A DNA stretch of 64,000 nt from Convolutriloba macropyga (Eukaryota), in NCBI RefSeq assembly GCF_964194025.1, contig NC_134472.1:11408001-11472000 (forward strand). The letters run 5' to 3'. Shown here piece after piece: positions 12,701 through 24,712 of this stretch. Numbering within the stretch: the first letter of the stretch is position 1; each line of letters opens with the position of its first letter. Below the pieces are notes generated by a model, which was not told where the DNA came from, ran no database searches, and saw only the letters and a list, made by a program, of their open reading frames with translations. A program made the position numbers and the translations under genes.

Positions 12701-15700
12701 AGCATTTTGCCTAATTTGAACATTGAAGAAGCATAACCAGGAAGACATTAAATGCACTGTATTATATAGAACTTTGTATCCGAGATCACTTTTTGCAAAC
12801 TATTTAATAACTCTATCTCTTCCGCTTGCTATTCACCAAAAACGAGCTCCGTATTGTTTAATAAGTAGTTATCTCTGAATGAGTGATAAAAATTACATAT
12901 CAACTTTGCAGAAGTATCATGAATATTAGCTGGCATTAATTCAGTAAGTCGGGGAGTAAAAATAGTCGCGTACATCTGTATGTGATTGATTGATTGCCTT
13001 TGAAAATTTTGAAAGCTGGCTCTTGAATTAGAAGGAAAAAGAACGTTCGAGTGCAGCAGTTTAAAAAACAGAAAGCATCTAATTTAAAACAAAAATATCT
13101 GCTTCCTTTCGAAAGTAGAATAATTTTCATACGTTTTTCTGTAGAACAAAAATTGGTAGCTTAGAGGAGCAATTAGTGCAACCATAGATAAGGACTCCGT
13201 ACGTCCTTAATAACCAGTTTAATATTACTTCTACAATAGTCAATCAGTTGTTTAAGTGGAAGAAAACGCGTCAATTTCCCTATGCTACATTGCTTACTTA
13301 ACTTTTGAGTAACTGATTCAATAAGTAAGATCAATTTCAGTTTTTTCGCATTCAACTGCTATTAATTTTGTGTCGTCGGCGAAAAGCATAACACTATGAG
13401 ACAGGCATACTCCAGATAAATCATTAAAAAAAATTAAAAAGAATTGGACCAAGAATTGAGCCCCGAGGAAACCCATTTTAATTCCAGCCACATTGATGTA
13501 GCTCCATTAACATATACTCGCTTAATAATTTTCTCAAGATAGGCCTCAAACCAAACGTGGGCCCGCGAACACCTATAACTGCCAGCTTTAAAAGTATGTT
13601 CAATGCTAAAGTTAGATCTAAGAGAAAACAGAATTTGTCATTTTTTGTCCTTTATTATTCTCTCACAAAGGTCAATTAAGGCGTCTAATGCACTACGTTT
13701 TCTACAAAAATCGCATTGCTTAGAGTAGAGAACAATAAAATGCTCTAAATGGTTGTAGAACCAGTTGAACAAGGCTTTCAAATATTTTACTCCAAACTAT
13801 AAACAAAGATATTGGCCAGCAGTTAGTTTTTTCGTTTTGATCCATGCTTGTGTATTGAGACAACTTTGGCTTTCTTTAGATCTCTGGGATACATTCCCTA
13901 GTAAACATACATTCACCATGAAACATTCCCTCTTTAAACGATCTGTTATTCAAGTGAGATAAGATCGAGCAACTTCAGAAATCGTTATTTCAAGAATATT
14001 ACACATGATCGTCTCCTGAAGAAATCTTGTTCCGCAAATTATCCAACATTGATTCGAATTCAATAGTAGTTGTACTTTGCAGTAGTAAATGCTGATTCGC
14101 TTCCGTAAAGCACGATTAAAAGTCCGACAAATTGTTTCAGAGTAGTGCGTTTTGAGGTAAAAAATCCATTTATTCAACCTGTGCAACCTCGGCGTCTAGA
14201 GAACTTTCATTGAAATCAGAGCAAGAAATTAGAGTCGGAATGTTGTTACCTGTCAAAACTTTTCCACTTAAATCATTTATCAACTTGTAAGTCTGCAGTC
14301 CCCTTTACATGCTATAAAATTTTCATTAGAATTTTTTGTTCAGCATTACTATCCTTTCAATTTTCTCTGTGCAGTTTTAACCTAGACAGCTTCTGCATAT
14401 CAGCAAATTCATTTTTCCTCAGCCTATGAGCTCTACGTTTTAGTCGAATTTACTGAAAAATTGTTGAACCACTCAGGCATCTTTCTCTGGTTGTTTAATT
14501 TCCATTTGACATGTGCATAACTAAACGTTGTCTTTAGGAATTACTGAAGAGACAAAACCCTTCGTCGCAACAATTTAGAATGTGTTCGAATAATTTATTA
14601 AATTCATTTAAAAGTACCGCTTTATATTTTAACACTTTGACTGCATCTTTGATAAACGAAAGACCTCTGAAGTGTACTACTGGTTAACGGCTGTCAGCCA
14701 TATTGACCTTCCATATAAACAGAACAAGAAGATGGTCGTTAAAACATAGATGTCCTAAAAAAGAACACAAATTTTTGATATGCTGGTAAAAGAAGTGGAG
14801 GCAAGAAACACTTAATTTCAGGAACACCTAAACGTGTTCCTGAACCTGTGGTTGCTAGTTCAAACGCATTGGCCGTAATCAAATTGCAATAGTCATTTAC
14901 AAGCGAATATTTATTATACGACTATATAAAGATCACCTGTTAAAACAAAAGATATTGCTTCGAAGCTATTGATATCCAGGAAGTACTCAAAAATTCTGAT
15001 GAAATCAAATGTTAGAAAATTACGTAAATAACAGCTGCCTTATACTTATATACTCCCTGCTCTACAAGTGCAACTCGACTTTAGGAGAGCAACACCTTTA
15101 CGAAATTGAAGCAATACACTACGACCGATAATCTTCTGTTTTTGAGAAAGCTGGTGTATCCAGTTAGTAATTAATTCTTGGGTTCAACTTTAATATTTAA
15201 CCATCTTTCTGATGAACAGATTACAGATGGCGGGACTCTAAACTCAGGATAAGAGTTTCTGATTCATTTAAAAGTGCCTGAAAAGATCGAATATTAATCG
15301 AATTCAAGGAGAGAGCCCTCACGTTTGCAGATAAATTTATGCAGGTTACCAATATTCTTTTCGGTACCGAGGTTGAAAATCCTTTACTGGCAAAAACAGT
15401 CCCAGAGAAAATAGTCCTAAATTGTAAAACAGTCCCGGACACGATCCAACCCAAAGGACCAACTACCAATTACAGATTAAAAATCAGTCAAGCACAATAT
15501 CATGCTTAAAATGACCAACAAGTCCCAAATAATTGGTTAAAAACTGTTTTTGAGCAATTAATTGTTTCAGTTCTAATTATTCTCAAAATTCTAGAGTCCG
15601 GATGCAGATCTTACACAAGCTATACAAGCAAGAAATTGAATCACTTGCGTTAGCCGGATGAGACTGGGATACTTAACTACGATTGAGCTTACTGATAGGT

Positions 15701-18700
15701 CATACTCAAGAGTGAGTTCGATCACTTCAGTGTTGAATATATTGATGGAAAAAACGGATGTCCATCCTAAAGTCAGCTCAAAAGGTCTTTGCTTCGTGGA
15801 CCGTCCAAAACGTCCCCTGTACTGAAAACCATTAAGCTTTTCAAACAATTTCAGACGATTTGTGCAGTCGACGTTTTTCGATGCTCCACAAACCCACGTA
15901 CCTTATCCAAGTGCACAACGCTTACATATACTTCTATTGAGTGACAGGGCTAGTTTCCACCACTATTGAAACTTTTAGGCAGTTATGACATCTGCATCAG
16001 CAACAAGTGGTCAGTGTCTCACTCGAAGGTAGCCTCAGTAGACATATCAATCGCACACCAGAAGGAGTTCTACGTAGTTGAAGGGAAAGACGGAGCCAAA
16101 TTAGTGGAAAAGGAAAACTAACAATTTTAACCTGTTTCCTCCTCTTAGACTAACTAATGCAATATTAAGCGGCTCCACCATTACACCTTACACGCTTCCA
16201 CCCTACAGCTTAATGTATCTACAGCTTAGCTTAATTTTTCTAGGAGATCAACAAATCCTGAGAAACACCGTTCAAATAAATGCTGAGCTTTGAATGTGAA
16301 ATGGTAAATTAGAAACTAATCGGTAATTATATCATGAATCGACAATTCAATCATTTCTCATACCGAAGCATAAAAATTGAATAGGAGCGCGGATACATAC
16401 ACTGTGCTATATTATTAAAGCACTGCTAGATACAACAAAGTTAAATAGATTATTCAGTTCTTTCAGGACACCATCTAAAATTACCTATAAACACCAAGCT
16501 ATGTCAAAATATTTCTACATTTGGAGGAGGAAACATGGATTGCCAGGAAACAACTAGACCAGGTTCGACAGGTACCGAGCAAGATGACCCATTTTTGAAA
16601 GAGGACGATACTAAGGAAAAAGCTCGACAGTTGGAGAAAGATTTTGCAGCCATAGAGCAAATTCGGGTAAGTTTAAACAATTCTGGTTTCGGTACCTGGG
16701 TCCCATTACAAGCCAGCACCCCTAGCAAAAAAGTCGCCCATTCTACCGTTTCAATTCCAGCAAATGTATCCTACTACACGGGAAATGGACTTAAAAGTGG
16801 GATATAGCAGCAAGGGATCGATTATACTAATTGATTTAGACTATTAAACAGTAGATTATAGTAAATTATACCATAATAAAACATCACAATTAGTATCATA
16901 CGTTAAAAACTATTGGAAGGGGCGCTGGCTCGTAATATATTCATCAAGCTCGTCTGTATCAATTTGTCGCAGCCTGCCAAAGGGAATATTTCAACCAATT
17001 CTGCTAACTTTTCATTGTGCGAACAACTAAGAACACTAACTTTTAACAAGGAGGCTCCGTAACGTGCGTTCGCACAAAACTCCGACCCCGCCCATCTACA
17101 TTTCTAAATTGTCTACCAAATGAGAAAAAAAATTAAACAAAAAAATTAACGTATCAACATATCGTTCAACAAACTACTAAATGAATAAAACAACCTACCT
17201 TAGAGTGCCAATGAGACCTGAAACTACCATAATATGACTACCAGGAAAGACTAGGTTAAAAATGTGAAGAAGGGTCACACCATTTGGGTCACACCAAATT
17301 AGAGTTTAATAAAACGCTGTTTTTGTTTGAAAAAAATTAATGTCAAACTGATAAACTGATTCGAAACGTTATGCATCTAAAGAAATCATTGAGAGATTCT
17401 TTTCATAGAGAGCGATTGACACCTTTCATTATCATTACATCATGTCATACAACAAAAAGAACGACAAACACAGGCAGAGAAAAAAATTGCACAAAAAATG
17501 CACGAAAACCATGTCCCAGCCAATCAAACAATTGAATGCGTTTTCTTTTTCAAATGATCAGAGGACCGCCCATTATTGTGATACTGTGAAAAGAAAAGAA
17601 AAACCTACAAAAGAAGGACGAATATGCAAAGATCACCAAAACTTTCGAGGAGCATGAAAAATGGTTGTACCAAGACGAAAGACCATGAGGAAAATAAAGC
17701 TGCTATGGAGCAAAAATTTTGGTTCAATAGAAAAGGGATGTCACTTGTCTAAAGAATTGCTAAGCTACAATTAACAGAAATAAGATTAGCAAATCTCAGA
17801 AATCCAATGTCAAATTTGAAAATTTCAAAATTCGTAGCCAACATAAGGTTTCGTCTAAAAGATTAGACAGTTTATCTTGCTTATTTCTTCAACAATATAA
17901 TTGCGCCTGCTATTAGTGAGGTTCAGTCATAAGACTATAAAATAACATTAAATACAAGCATAACTCAAAAACTTCAAACAACTTTACGAAACCACAGTGT
18001 TGAAGTCGTTAAAAACTTAAAATATTAACGGCGAGAAAATTAAATCTTCACTAGCGTCTCCTTTGAACATCATGAAGTAGTTTTGTAATGAACTATCTGA
18101 GAATGACAGCAAAAAACAAAAATTGGAGAGTATCTAAATTTCACAAAATTCTGAAACAAATTGTCTAAGCCCTGAATACATCAACCAAAACGGTTAGCCA
18201 ACAGACAAAATTATTGTTTGGTTCAACAAAACATTAAAGAGATCTCTCAAGACAACTTTGTAAAATACGAAAAAAAACGCAAACAAGAACAAAAATGGAC
18301 AGATTGAATAATTAAATTTTTTTTGAAAAAATTTATGTTGAAAGTCAATAAATCCACTGGCTATATACCTATATCAGTTATTAAGCTCAATTACTAGTTG
18401 GCCACTGAGATCTTTAATTACACAAAATTTGGCATTTGACAAGATAAATTAACAACAAATACAGGGCAAAAATATAAAACTCTGCCAAACTCTACAAGAG
18501 AACGGTGCCGAAGGTCCTTAAACCATACGTTAAGAAAACAATAAATATGTTCAATTACAAATTTTGCAAAGCTTTTTTCAGTTTGAGTCTTACGTAATGA
18601 GACTATCTACCAAAGAAACAAAAATAACAGAACAAATAGGCAATGCAAAAAATCACCAAAATATTGAAAACTCGTTGTACCAAAACCAAGGAACCGTTCT

Positions 18701-21563
18701 TTTAAAACTAATCCGCCACAAAATTGGTTTGTATTCTATAAGAAAGAAATTCTGACTTATTTTTACTGAGAATAAGCTAAAAGTTAATAGAAATAATATA
18801 AAATATCACAAGTTCAAAAAATCACTGAAATTCCTTAAAACAAACACATTCAATTAACTAAGAGACATTAGTTAACAACCGAATGCATGGTACAGTTTCA
18901 TTTATACCAATTTAAGAAGCCATTTGAATCTTTGTAGACAAATTAATCAGACTGCAAAGGAAAAATTGAAGGCAAAGCACAAGAACTGTGTTAAAGTTTT
19001 CTAAAACTATTCAAAGCCATGAAACCATTAGATTCTCTAAAATCATATATCTACATTTGTACTCATTTTTACTTAAATGAGAGATGTCATTAATGGAGCC
19101 ATGAATTGAAAACTTCGTCAGTAATTACATCTACATTCGACCTCATTTTACGTAAATGCGAGCTGTCTTAAATGGAGCTGTGAATAAAAAATTTTGTCAC
19201 CAGAATAAAACGGCATCACCAGAATAAAATTAGGAAGTTTCTGATGGTAAGAGTTCATGATATCAAACCTATCTCTGATTTTACCGCTCGCTCAACAAAC
19301 CAACCAAGTGTTCCAAATGTTTGCGAATTAGACCTATTGTTGAGTGAAATACTTCAAATATTTAAAAAAAATGATGCTTTTTGTATAATTATCGAGTTAA
19401 ATTTGCAAAAAAACGGCAAAATTTTAATTCCAGAAAAATTTTGTAGGGCGCCCAGTTTCAACTAGCTCTTTTTGAGTTTAAAGAGATTGTGTCAGCAGTT
19501 TGTAGGTCTCCACATTCGGCAAGATCAAACAAAGTGGACCAATAAAGCATACTTTGTGCAATTTTTGATGAAAAAGTCTGAATTTTGAAAATTTTATCAA
19601 AAATTTTATCCAAAGGAACTCCAATAAAACAATTCAGCAACGCTCTTCTGTCTAAGGGGAACAATAAAACTCTACTGCTAAAAACTTTAAATTATTTTAA
19701 ATTATATCAAAATTGTGCCAAATTTTAGCAACAATTACTGAAAATGTGAATAAAAAGTGTCGAATAGTCACAAAACTTAAACCTCGATAACTTTCCCTGT
19801 AAAAAAGAAGTTAGAAAATTTTTTTTACATATTCTAGGACATACGTGCTTTTTAATGATAGCACTCACAACTCTTTACGATGAAGATATCGATCGGCCAA
19901 AATTGTCCGAACAAAAAGAACCCATTTGAGTATATAGTTTCTCCCTCCCCACTATAGTGCACAATAACTACTTTTTCGACATTGGTTATAAATGTTAAAC
20001 TTGGCCGACCAGCATCGTTTCGATCTATTAATAAATCGATACGTCAAAATGCAAAAGGCATATAAAAACTTAATGGGTCGATTAGATCTGCTCGAGGCAT
20101 GTGTACATCAAAAAATTTTGAAAGGCCTGGGATAAAATTTCTTGCTTAACAAATAATTATTTCAGAACGTGATACGGAAGCTGCAGATGAACATTGGACG
20201 CACGAAAATGTACATCTTTCGTCTGAAGTCTCTAATGCGCACAGATGCCTTTTACCAGAGAGACCAGCACACTTGGATCAGCTCTTGGTCAAGTCTGGTC
20301 TGTGTCTCTATGTTCATCGTATACTTCGCAGAGGTGAGTATCGAACCGCGATTGATTGTCTGCTTTCAAAAAATTACACAAAACATCTTTAAACAGCAAT
20401 TGACAAAGTTTTTACAGAATGTTTTTGCAAATTTTCTAAATTATGGTTCTTATCTTCCACTGAAATTGATCAAAACCCATGAGCACCAGCGAAAAATTGA
20501 GATCAAATATTATTATCTCCAGGATAAGTAAATTACGTATTTTTAATTAAAATTACGTAATTTTATATAAAACCAGAATTTTAACGTTAAGAGATCTTTT
20601 ATTTTAAGAGGACGATTCGATTCGTCTGTTAACAGTTGCCTAACTTTTAAGGTTTCTTAGATAACCATTACTTCTTCTCATTAGAACTAAATTGAATATC
20701 AATTGAATATCATAACTGAAAATACTTTAAATTTTCAAATTTCAGTATATTCACTCACTCAAAGGACGACAGAAATTCAAATTTGAGAGTAGATTACTTA
20801 TTTAGCGTTCTAAGTTCATTTTATTGGTAACGGGCCCAGAGAACTACAAAACGTACCTAGCAACAAACATCATATTTTGAGCAAAATGATCTGAACCAAC
20901 TATTGGATTTGAGTAGGCTTTTTTAGGATTCTTATTATTATTTAAGGCAATGGCAAAAGCGATCTGCAGAATCATCCGAGATTAATTCTCTCCTTTAAAA
21001 CTTTATAAAAATCCATTTTGCATCAGCTGGCAGGATGTCATCAAAAATGTCTTCGATCAAATTTAGCAAAATACCTTCCGAACGATAAAATTATCTTAAA
21101 AGATTATTTGGGTGATGATTTGGAGAACGCAAACCATTGGTAATTGAAATACGATATCGCAACGTACCTCATTTAGGCTATCAAAATCATTTCTATTGAC
21201 CTTTCGTCTATTTTAAGTATTCTTGAGTTTTTCGAAGTTCAGGTCTCTTCAATTTCAAGTATTTGCAGCTCAGTTTCGAGCATCATTCTGTCCCTCTTTA
21301 AACGATAAATGCACAGAATTGCGACTTGAAAAATATCTGCATTTCCTCTTCTTTCCCAATTATGAGGGGAGAAATTTTCTATTTCGACTGTCACTTGAAA
21401 TAGAAAATTCGGTTTTCATCAAAATAGAGAACTTCAAGACTCTTAAAACTCGACCCAATTCAAGTTTCTTTAGGTGTACTTAATACGACACTGGTTCAAC
21501 AACAATTCAAGCAGTGGTCGAAAAGGCGTCTACAAACAGACAGGCATGCGCATGGGACTATGA
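3599..21563 (+). CDS. p24/TMED (emp24/gp25L) GOLD-domain cargo receptor with 7 coding exons: 3599-3768, 6406-6589, 7528-7648, 15979-~16073, ~16467 or 16547-16666, 20166-20333, 21474-21563
   Basis: Spliced product has a signal peptide (MYICFSTKILHFLLFAVLG...VSA), a GOLD domain (FTPFLQAREELCF...VLRGGDGKLWLVVRD...GSYDICISNKWSVSHSKVASVDI), a coiled coil (NVIRKLQMNIGRTKMYIFRLKSLMRTD), a TM segment (WSSLVCVSMFIVYFAEVYLI) and a short tail (RHWF...MGL*). GT-AG phases are consistent at every junction except exon 4/5. Confidence 0.88.
3853..4065 (-). mobile_element. Helentron-like element, family A (short copy)
   Basis: aattgctctcgaac (3878) pairs with gttcaagagcaatt (ending 4065); degenerate cgac...tcgg hairpin on the left. 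Confidence 0.7.
4230..4380 (+). mobile_element. Tc1/IS630-like transposase remnant
   Basis: NHCIVMDNAKI resembles the (M)DNAxxH catalytic motif; short and degenerate. Confidence 0.4.
4604..4815 (-). mobile_element. Helentron-like element, family A (internally deleted)
   Basis: gtcggatgaattgctctcaaac on the left, cgagagcta on the right; internal A-box-like TAGCTGAGTGG on the minus strand. Confidence 0.6.
6406..6589 (+). CDS. TMED exon 2 (start of GOLD domain)
   Basis: tttcag acceptor in phase 2; reads TREHF...FTPFLQAREELCF...TIHLL; donor GTAATT in phase 0. Confidence 0.85.
7528..7648 (+). CDS. TMED exon 3
   Basis: ccctaac branch-like motif plus AG acceptor; reads VLRGGDGKLWLVVRDQQ...APRD; donor G|GTGAGT in phase 1. 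Confidence 0.85.
9319..12320 (+). mobile_element. Large (~3 kb) non-coding Helentron-like element, family B
   Basis: subTIRs gttccgacccc (9321) and ggggtcggaac (12274-12284); hairpin tgtgc-aatc-gcaca (12289-12302); end ccttgtt. Both ends recur inverted at 17045/19950 and 52863/57158. Internal ~356-bp tandem repeat at 10864 and 11220. Confidence 0.75.
12480..15900 (-). mobile_element. Degenerate near-full-length APE-type LINE (CR1/L2-like) in TMED intron 3
   Basis: Minus-strand motifs in the expected order. APE: ANVRAL (~15320), ICSSERWL (~15210), LTGDLY (~14935), FNDHL (~14735). RT: NCWPISL (~13815), GFPRGSILGPIL (~13455), MLFADDT (~13380). Many stops. Possible ORF1 remnant at 15591-15848. 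Boundaries approximate. Confidence 0.85.
15979..16073 (+). CDS. TMED exon 4 (end of GOLD domain; 3' boundary uncertain)
   Basis: ttttag acceptor in phase 1; GSYDICISNKWSVSHSKVASVDISI fits the GxYxxCxxNxxSxxxxKxV motif. Only weak donors are present, and the frame stays open to TAA at 16119-16121. Confidence 0.8.
16467..16666 (+). CDS. TMED exon 5 (linker and start of coiled coil; 5' boundary uncertain)
   Basis: Open frame ...EDDTKEKARQLEKDFAAIEQIR; strong donor CGG|GTAAGT in phase 0, matching exon 6. Confidence 0.65.
17045..19950 (-). mobile_element. Helentron-like element, family B, in TMED intron 5
   Basis: Left end aacaaggaggctc...gtgcg-tt-cgcac hairpin plus tccgacccc. Right block gatatcgatcggccaaaatt...tttgagtatatagttt is the reverse complement of 9345-9420. 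Confidence 0.72.
20166..20333 (+). CDS. TMED exon 6 (coiled coil and TM)
   Basis: tttcag acceptor, 56 codons, donor GAG|GTGAGT. Confidence 0.88.
21474..21563 (+). CDS. TMED exon 7 (end of TM and cytosolic tail)
   Basis: tttctttag acceptor; reads VYLIRHWFNNNSSSGRKGVYKQTGMRMGL*. Confidence 0.85.
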   Translation: MYLIRHWFNNNSSSGRKGVYKQTGMRMGL

Positions 21564-24518
21564 CCAGGACTCTCTAGAGCAAAAATCAGCCAAAAGCTAA
21601 ATTGCCCGAAGCAACCTAAGCACAATTAAACTGAACTAAATGACAGATTTGTATTAAGTTTCCTGTGCCACCTTCTCAGGACAGACTATGTTTATTTGAC
21701 CCTTTCTTGTTTATGTTATTTATGTTTGACTACTGTATGCTTTGAAATTCAAATATAATCCTTTTGGGCTTGGGAACCGCTTGAGCCATCTTTCATAAGA
21801 TGATAGTTTGTTGAACAGACAAAACAGTCCGAGACAAATTAACACTCAAATCCAAAATATTCCGGACAAAATATTCCCAAAAAACCAGACGAAACAGTCC
21901 CCGTCAATGTGCTACTTAGATAGGTCAAAAAGAAAACGTAGCTTCAATCTTGAAAGAATTTTGTGGTTTTTTTTTCAAGTGAAATTTGATGCACTTCAAA
22001 TTTACATTTAAGTATATCGTAAATTACCATTGTGTTTGTATCTCTTGTTTAATAGGAAGACAAGAACAACAGTGTCGGGGATCAATGGCGCAATTTTTAT
22101 TAATTCGATTACGCAGAACTACAGGGTGATAAATTACTCAGGCGATCAGCGTATTTTTTAACCAATTTTGTGAGCTATCCAACGTCAATAGAACTTTGTT
22201 CTCCTGCCGTTCAAAATTGCGCAATGAAGTATTTCACAAAGATAAAATTTGGAATATTTTCAATTTTGTGATCTATAAAAGGAGCTTCCCATTAAGATCA
22301 AATTTCTCCTTGTAGTTTGGCTGTCTAACATCTGGCTCATTCTTACCGACTCTCTCAGCATTCTCCTTTCCGTTGCAGAAAAGCATAGCGAACAATCTTG
22401 ATGTACTGAGGTCAGTTCAAAATACCGCTCAAGTTGAACTAACTAGTTGTTCTGTTCATATATCTGCTTTTCGAGATTATCCGACAAGTTGTGAGATTGA
22501 TTACATCCGCAGGTGTTGCGAAATTCAGCATGCAAACTTCACAACAACTAGAATCATGTTTGACATGAAACGTATAATGCAAAATTATTCTCCAGGTCCT
22601 GATATTTAAATTATTTTGAAGACAGCTCTTTGATTGTAAGAAAATAAAAACCTTGAATAAGCAGATCAACGAGCCGAATCTACGAAAGAAAAGTGGAAAG
22701 GGACAAACAATTTATATTTCGATTTACCCAATTTCTCGTGCTTTGTTTTTCTAAATCTGTGAAGGGGTCAAATTACTCCATTCCTCTGATCACTGAGGTT
22801 AAAAATTAAATTAAAGCGGTAGTATAGCTCACAATTGAGAAATTTTACATTCATGTTTTGGTTCCCTCAAAACAAAGTTGCTACGCTTCCAAACTGACGG
22901 AGAGCAGGTCTTTTTCGTTTTGGATACACTTTAAAATAGCACAATTGAAGTTCGCATAAACAAATCATTTCGTTCAATTTTTAGAGCAGTAACTATTGAT
23001 TTGAAGGTTGGTTAGCTGTTAGAATGATCGGCGCTATGTTGCGGAAAACTACGCATTTATTTGCAGATAACAGTCAAACTCACCGTATACTGAGAAAAAA
23101 TTTTAAAGGACAGCTAAAATAAAATTGACTGAAATTTTTCTTCTTTTAACAGCAACTTTGATAATTTTTCACTTTAAACCTTACAATTTGAATAGAAATC
23201 AAGAAATTACTTCTGCGCGTTAAGTATACCACGTACAATCAGTCGAAGCCGGCAAAACAATCAAAAACAAGGACACCAAAAACAAGGAAATCTTTTTCAA
23301 TCAATTGATAGATAAATAACCGGAGTCAAGTCTTTATAACTATTTAATATACAACAGATACACTGTGTTCTCTTTGTAATCGAGTAAGGATAGTTGAAAA
23401 GCACGAAAATTTCCTGAACAATCAACTTACTTTAGAGCTCAATTTAACATTGCAACTCAAGCACCAAAAGTTAACAACTTCGACTATTTCTAACCGTTTT
23501 AGGAAATAAAGCGAAGAAACAAAAAAAAAGTTTTGTATTTTGATAGCTGGTCCAAAAATTTTGAGTTGTAATTTCAAAACAATGTTAAACGATAAAGATA
23601 ATAATAATAGGTAGTCATTGGCAATGTAACCATATATATTCAAAAAATTATGAATATAGTACTGTAATATGATGATCGAAAGCACTCGAATTCAATTTCC
23701 TACAAATTAAAAAAAGAACCATTAAAATGAAGAATTATTATTTTCCAACAGCTCTTGTAGCATATATTTTCGATAGCAAGAATATTTATTCGTCCATTAA
23801 CAGATGAAAAAAATCAACTGTTTTAATTGCTTGAAAAAATGTTCAGTTAACGTATTTTCCGTTTTTGATTTCGGTTTTAGGGGTTCATACTAAAAATATA
23901 GCAAAGTAAGCAATTTCTTAGAATTCAAATTAAAATGCTTTCAAATAAAATTTTCTATCAAAAATGATAAAGAAACTCTCAGTAGAATAGCGCATTGAAA
24001 AGGTTGGCGAAACGAAAGCAAGAAGCGTTTGTTTTCGAAAAAAATGTTAAATATGCGACATTTCATAAAACAGCCCGCAAGTTGCCGGACAATGCTCGCT
24101 TAGTTTTAAAGCAAAATTCAAAGACCAATCTCAGTAACACAGCTTTATAATAATCTAGTTCGGATGACCTCCATTTTAATAAGATTTCACATTCTCAATT
24201 TAAATTCAATAGGTGAGTGCAAAGTCATCTTCTTGCATGTGCTAAGTCATGAACGCCAAAAAAGAGCATATGATTGACCAAAACAACTTACATCATGGGA
24301 GTACCAAATAACATCACAAAAAATAATTCAGTTTCAAAGTCAGTACGAAGGTCTCCCTGACTCCCTGTCGCGCAATCAAACGGTTACAACAAAAAAACGA
24401 CTAATAGAAATAAAGACAGCAGAGCATTTTGGTCATTGAAAACACAATGAAATATTTTGAGATTTTGAGTCCAGATTTTGTTTGAGCTCTTAGATCAACG
24501 ATCTTAAAGCAAATACAA

Positions 24519-24640
24519 AACATAACCGAATAACTTTGGGCGAACTGCTCTCAAACGACTGACGAGTGTTTTGCTAACTTTGGTCTTTGGCTGCACGGGG
24601 CCACGTGAGTTGCACGAAGTTCGTAACCCCCCCCCCCCCA
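24519..24640 (-). mobile_element. Helentron-like element, family A (one end only)
   Basis: aacataaccga...gggcgaactgctctcaaacgac matches the family A hairpin/subTIR end. Confidence 0.6.
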
Positions 24641-24712
24641 AAACAAATTTGGAGGCGCTCTGACAATGATATATCAACTAAAACATTTGAAGGACATGTT
24701 GGAAATGGAATC

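Noticed and set aside
22345-22404. Possible minus-strand exon (cag...G|GTAAGA)
   Set aside because: No recognisable peptide and no partner exons.
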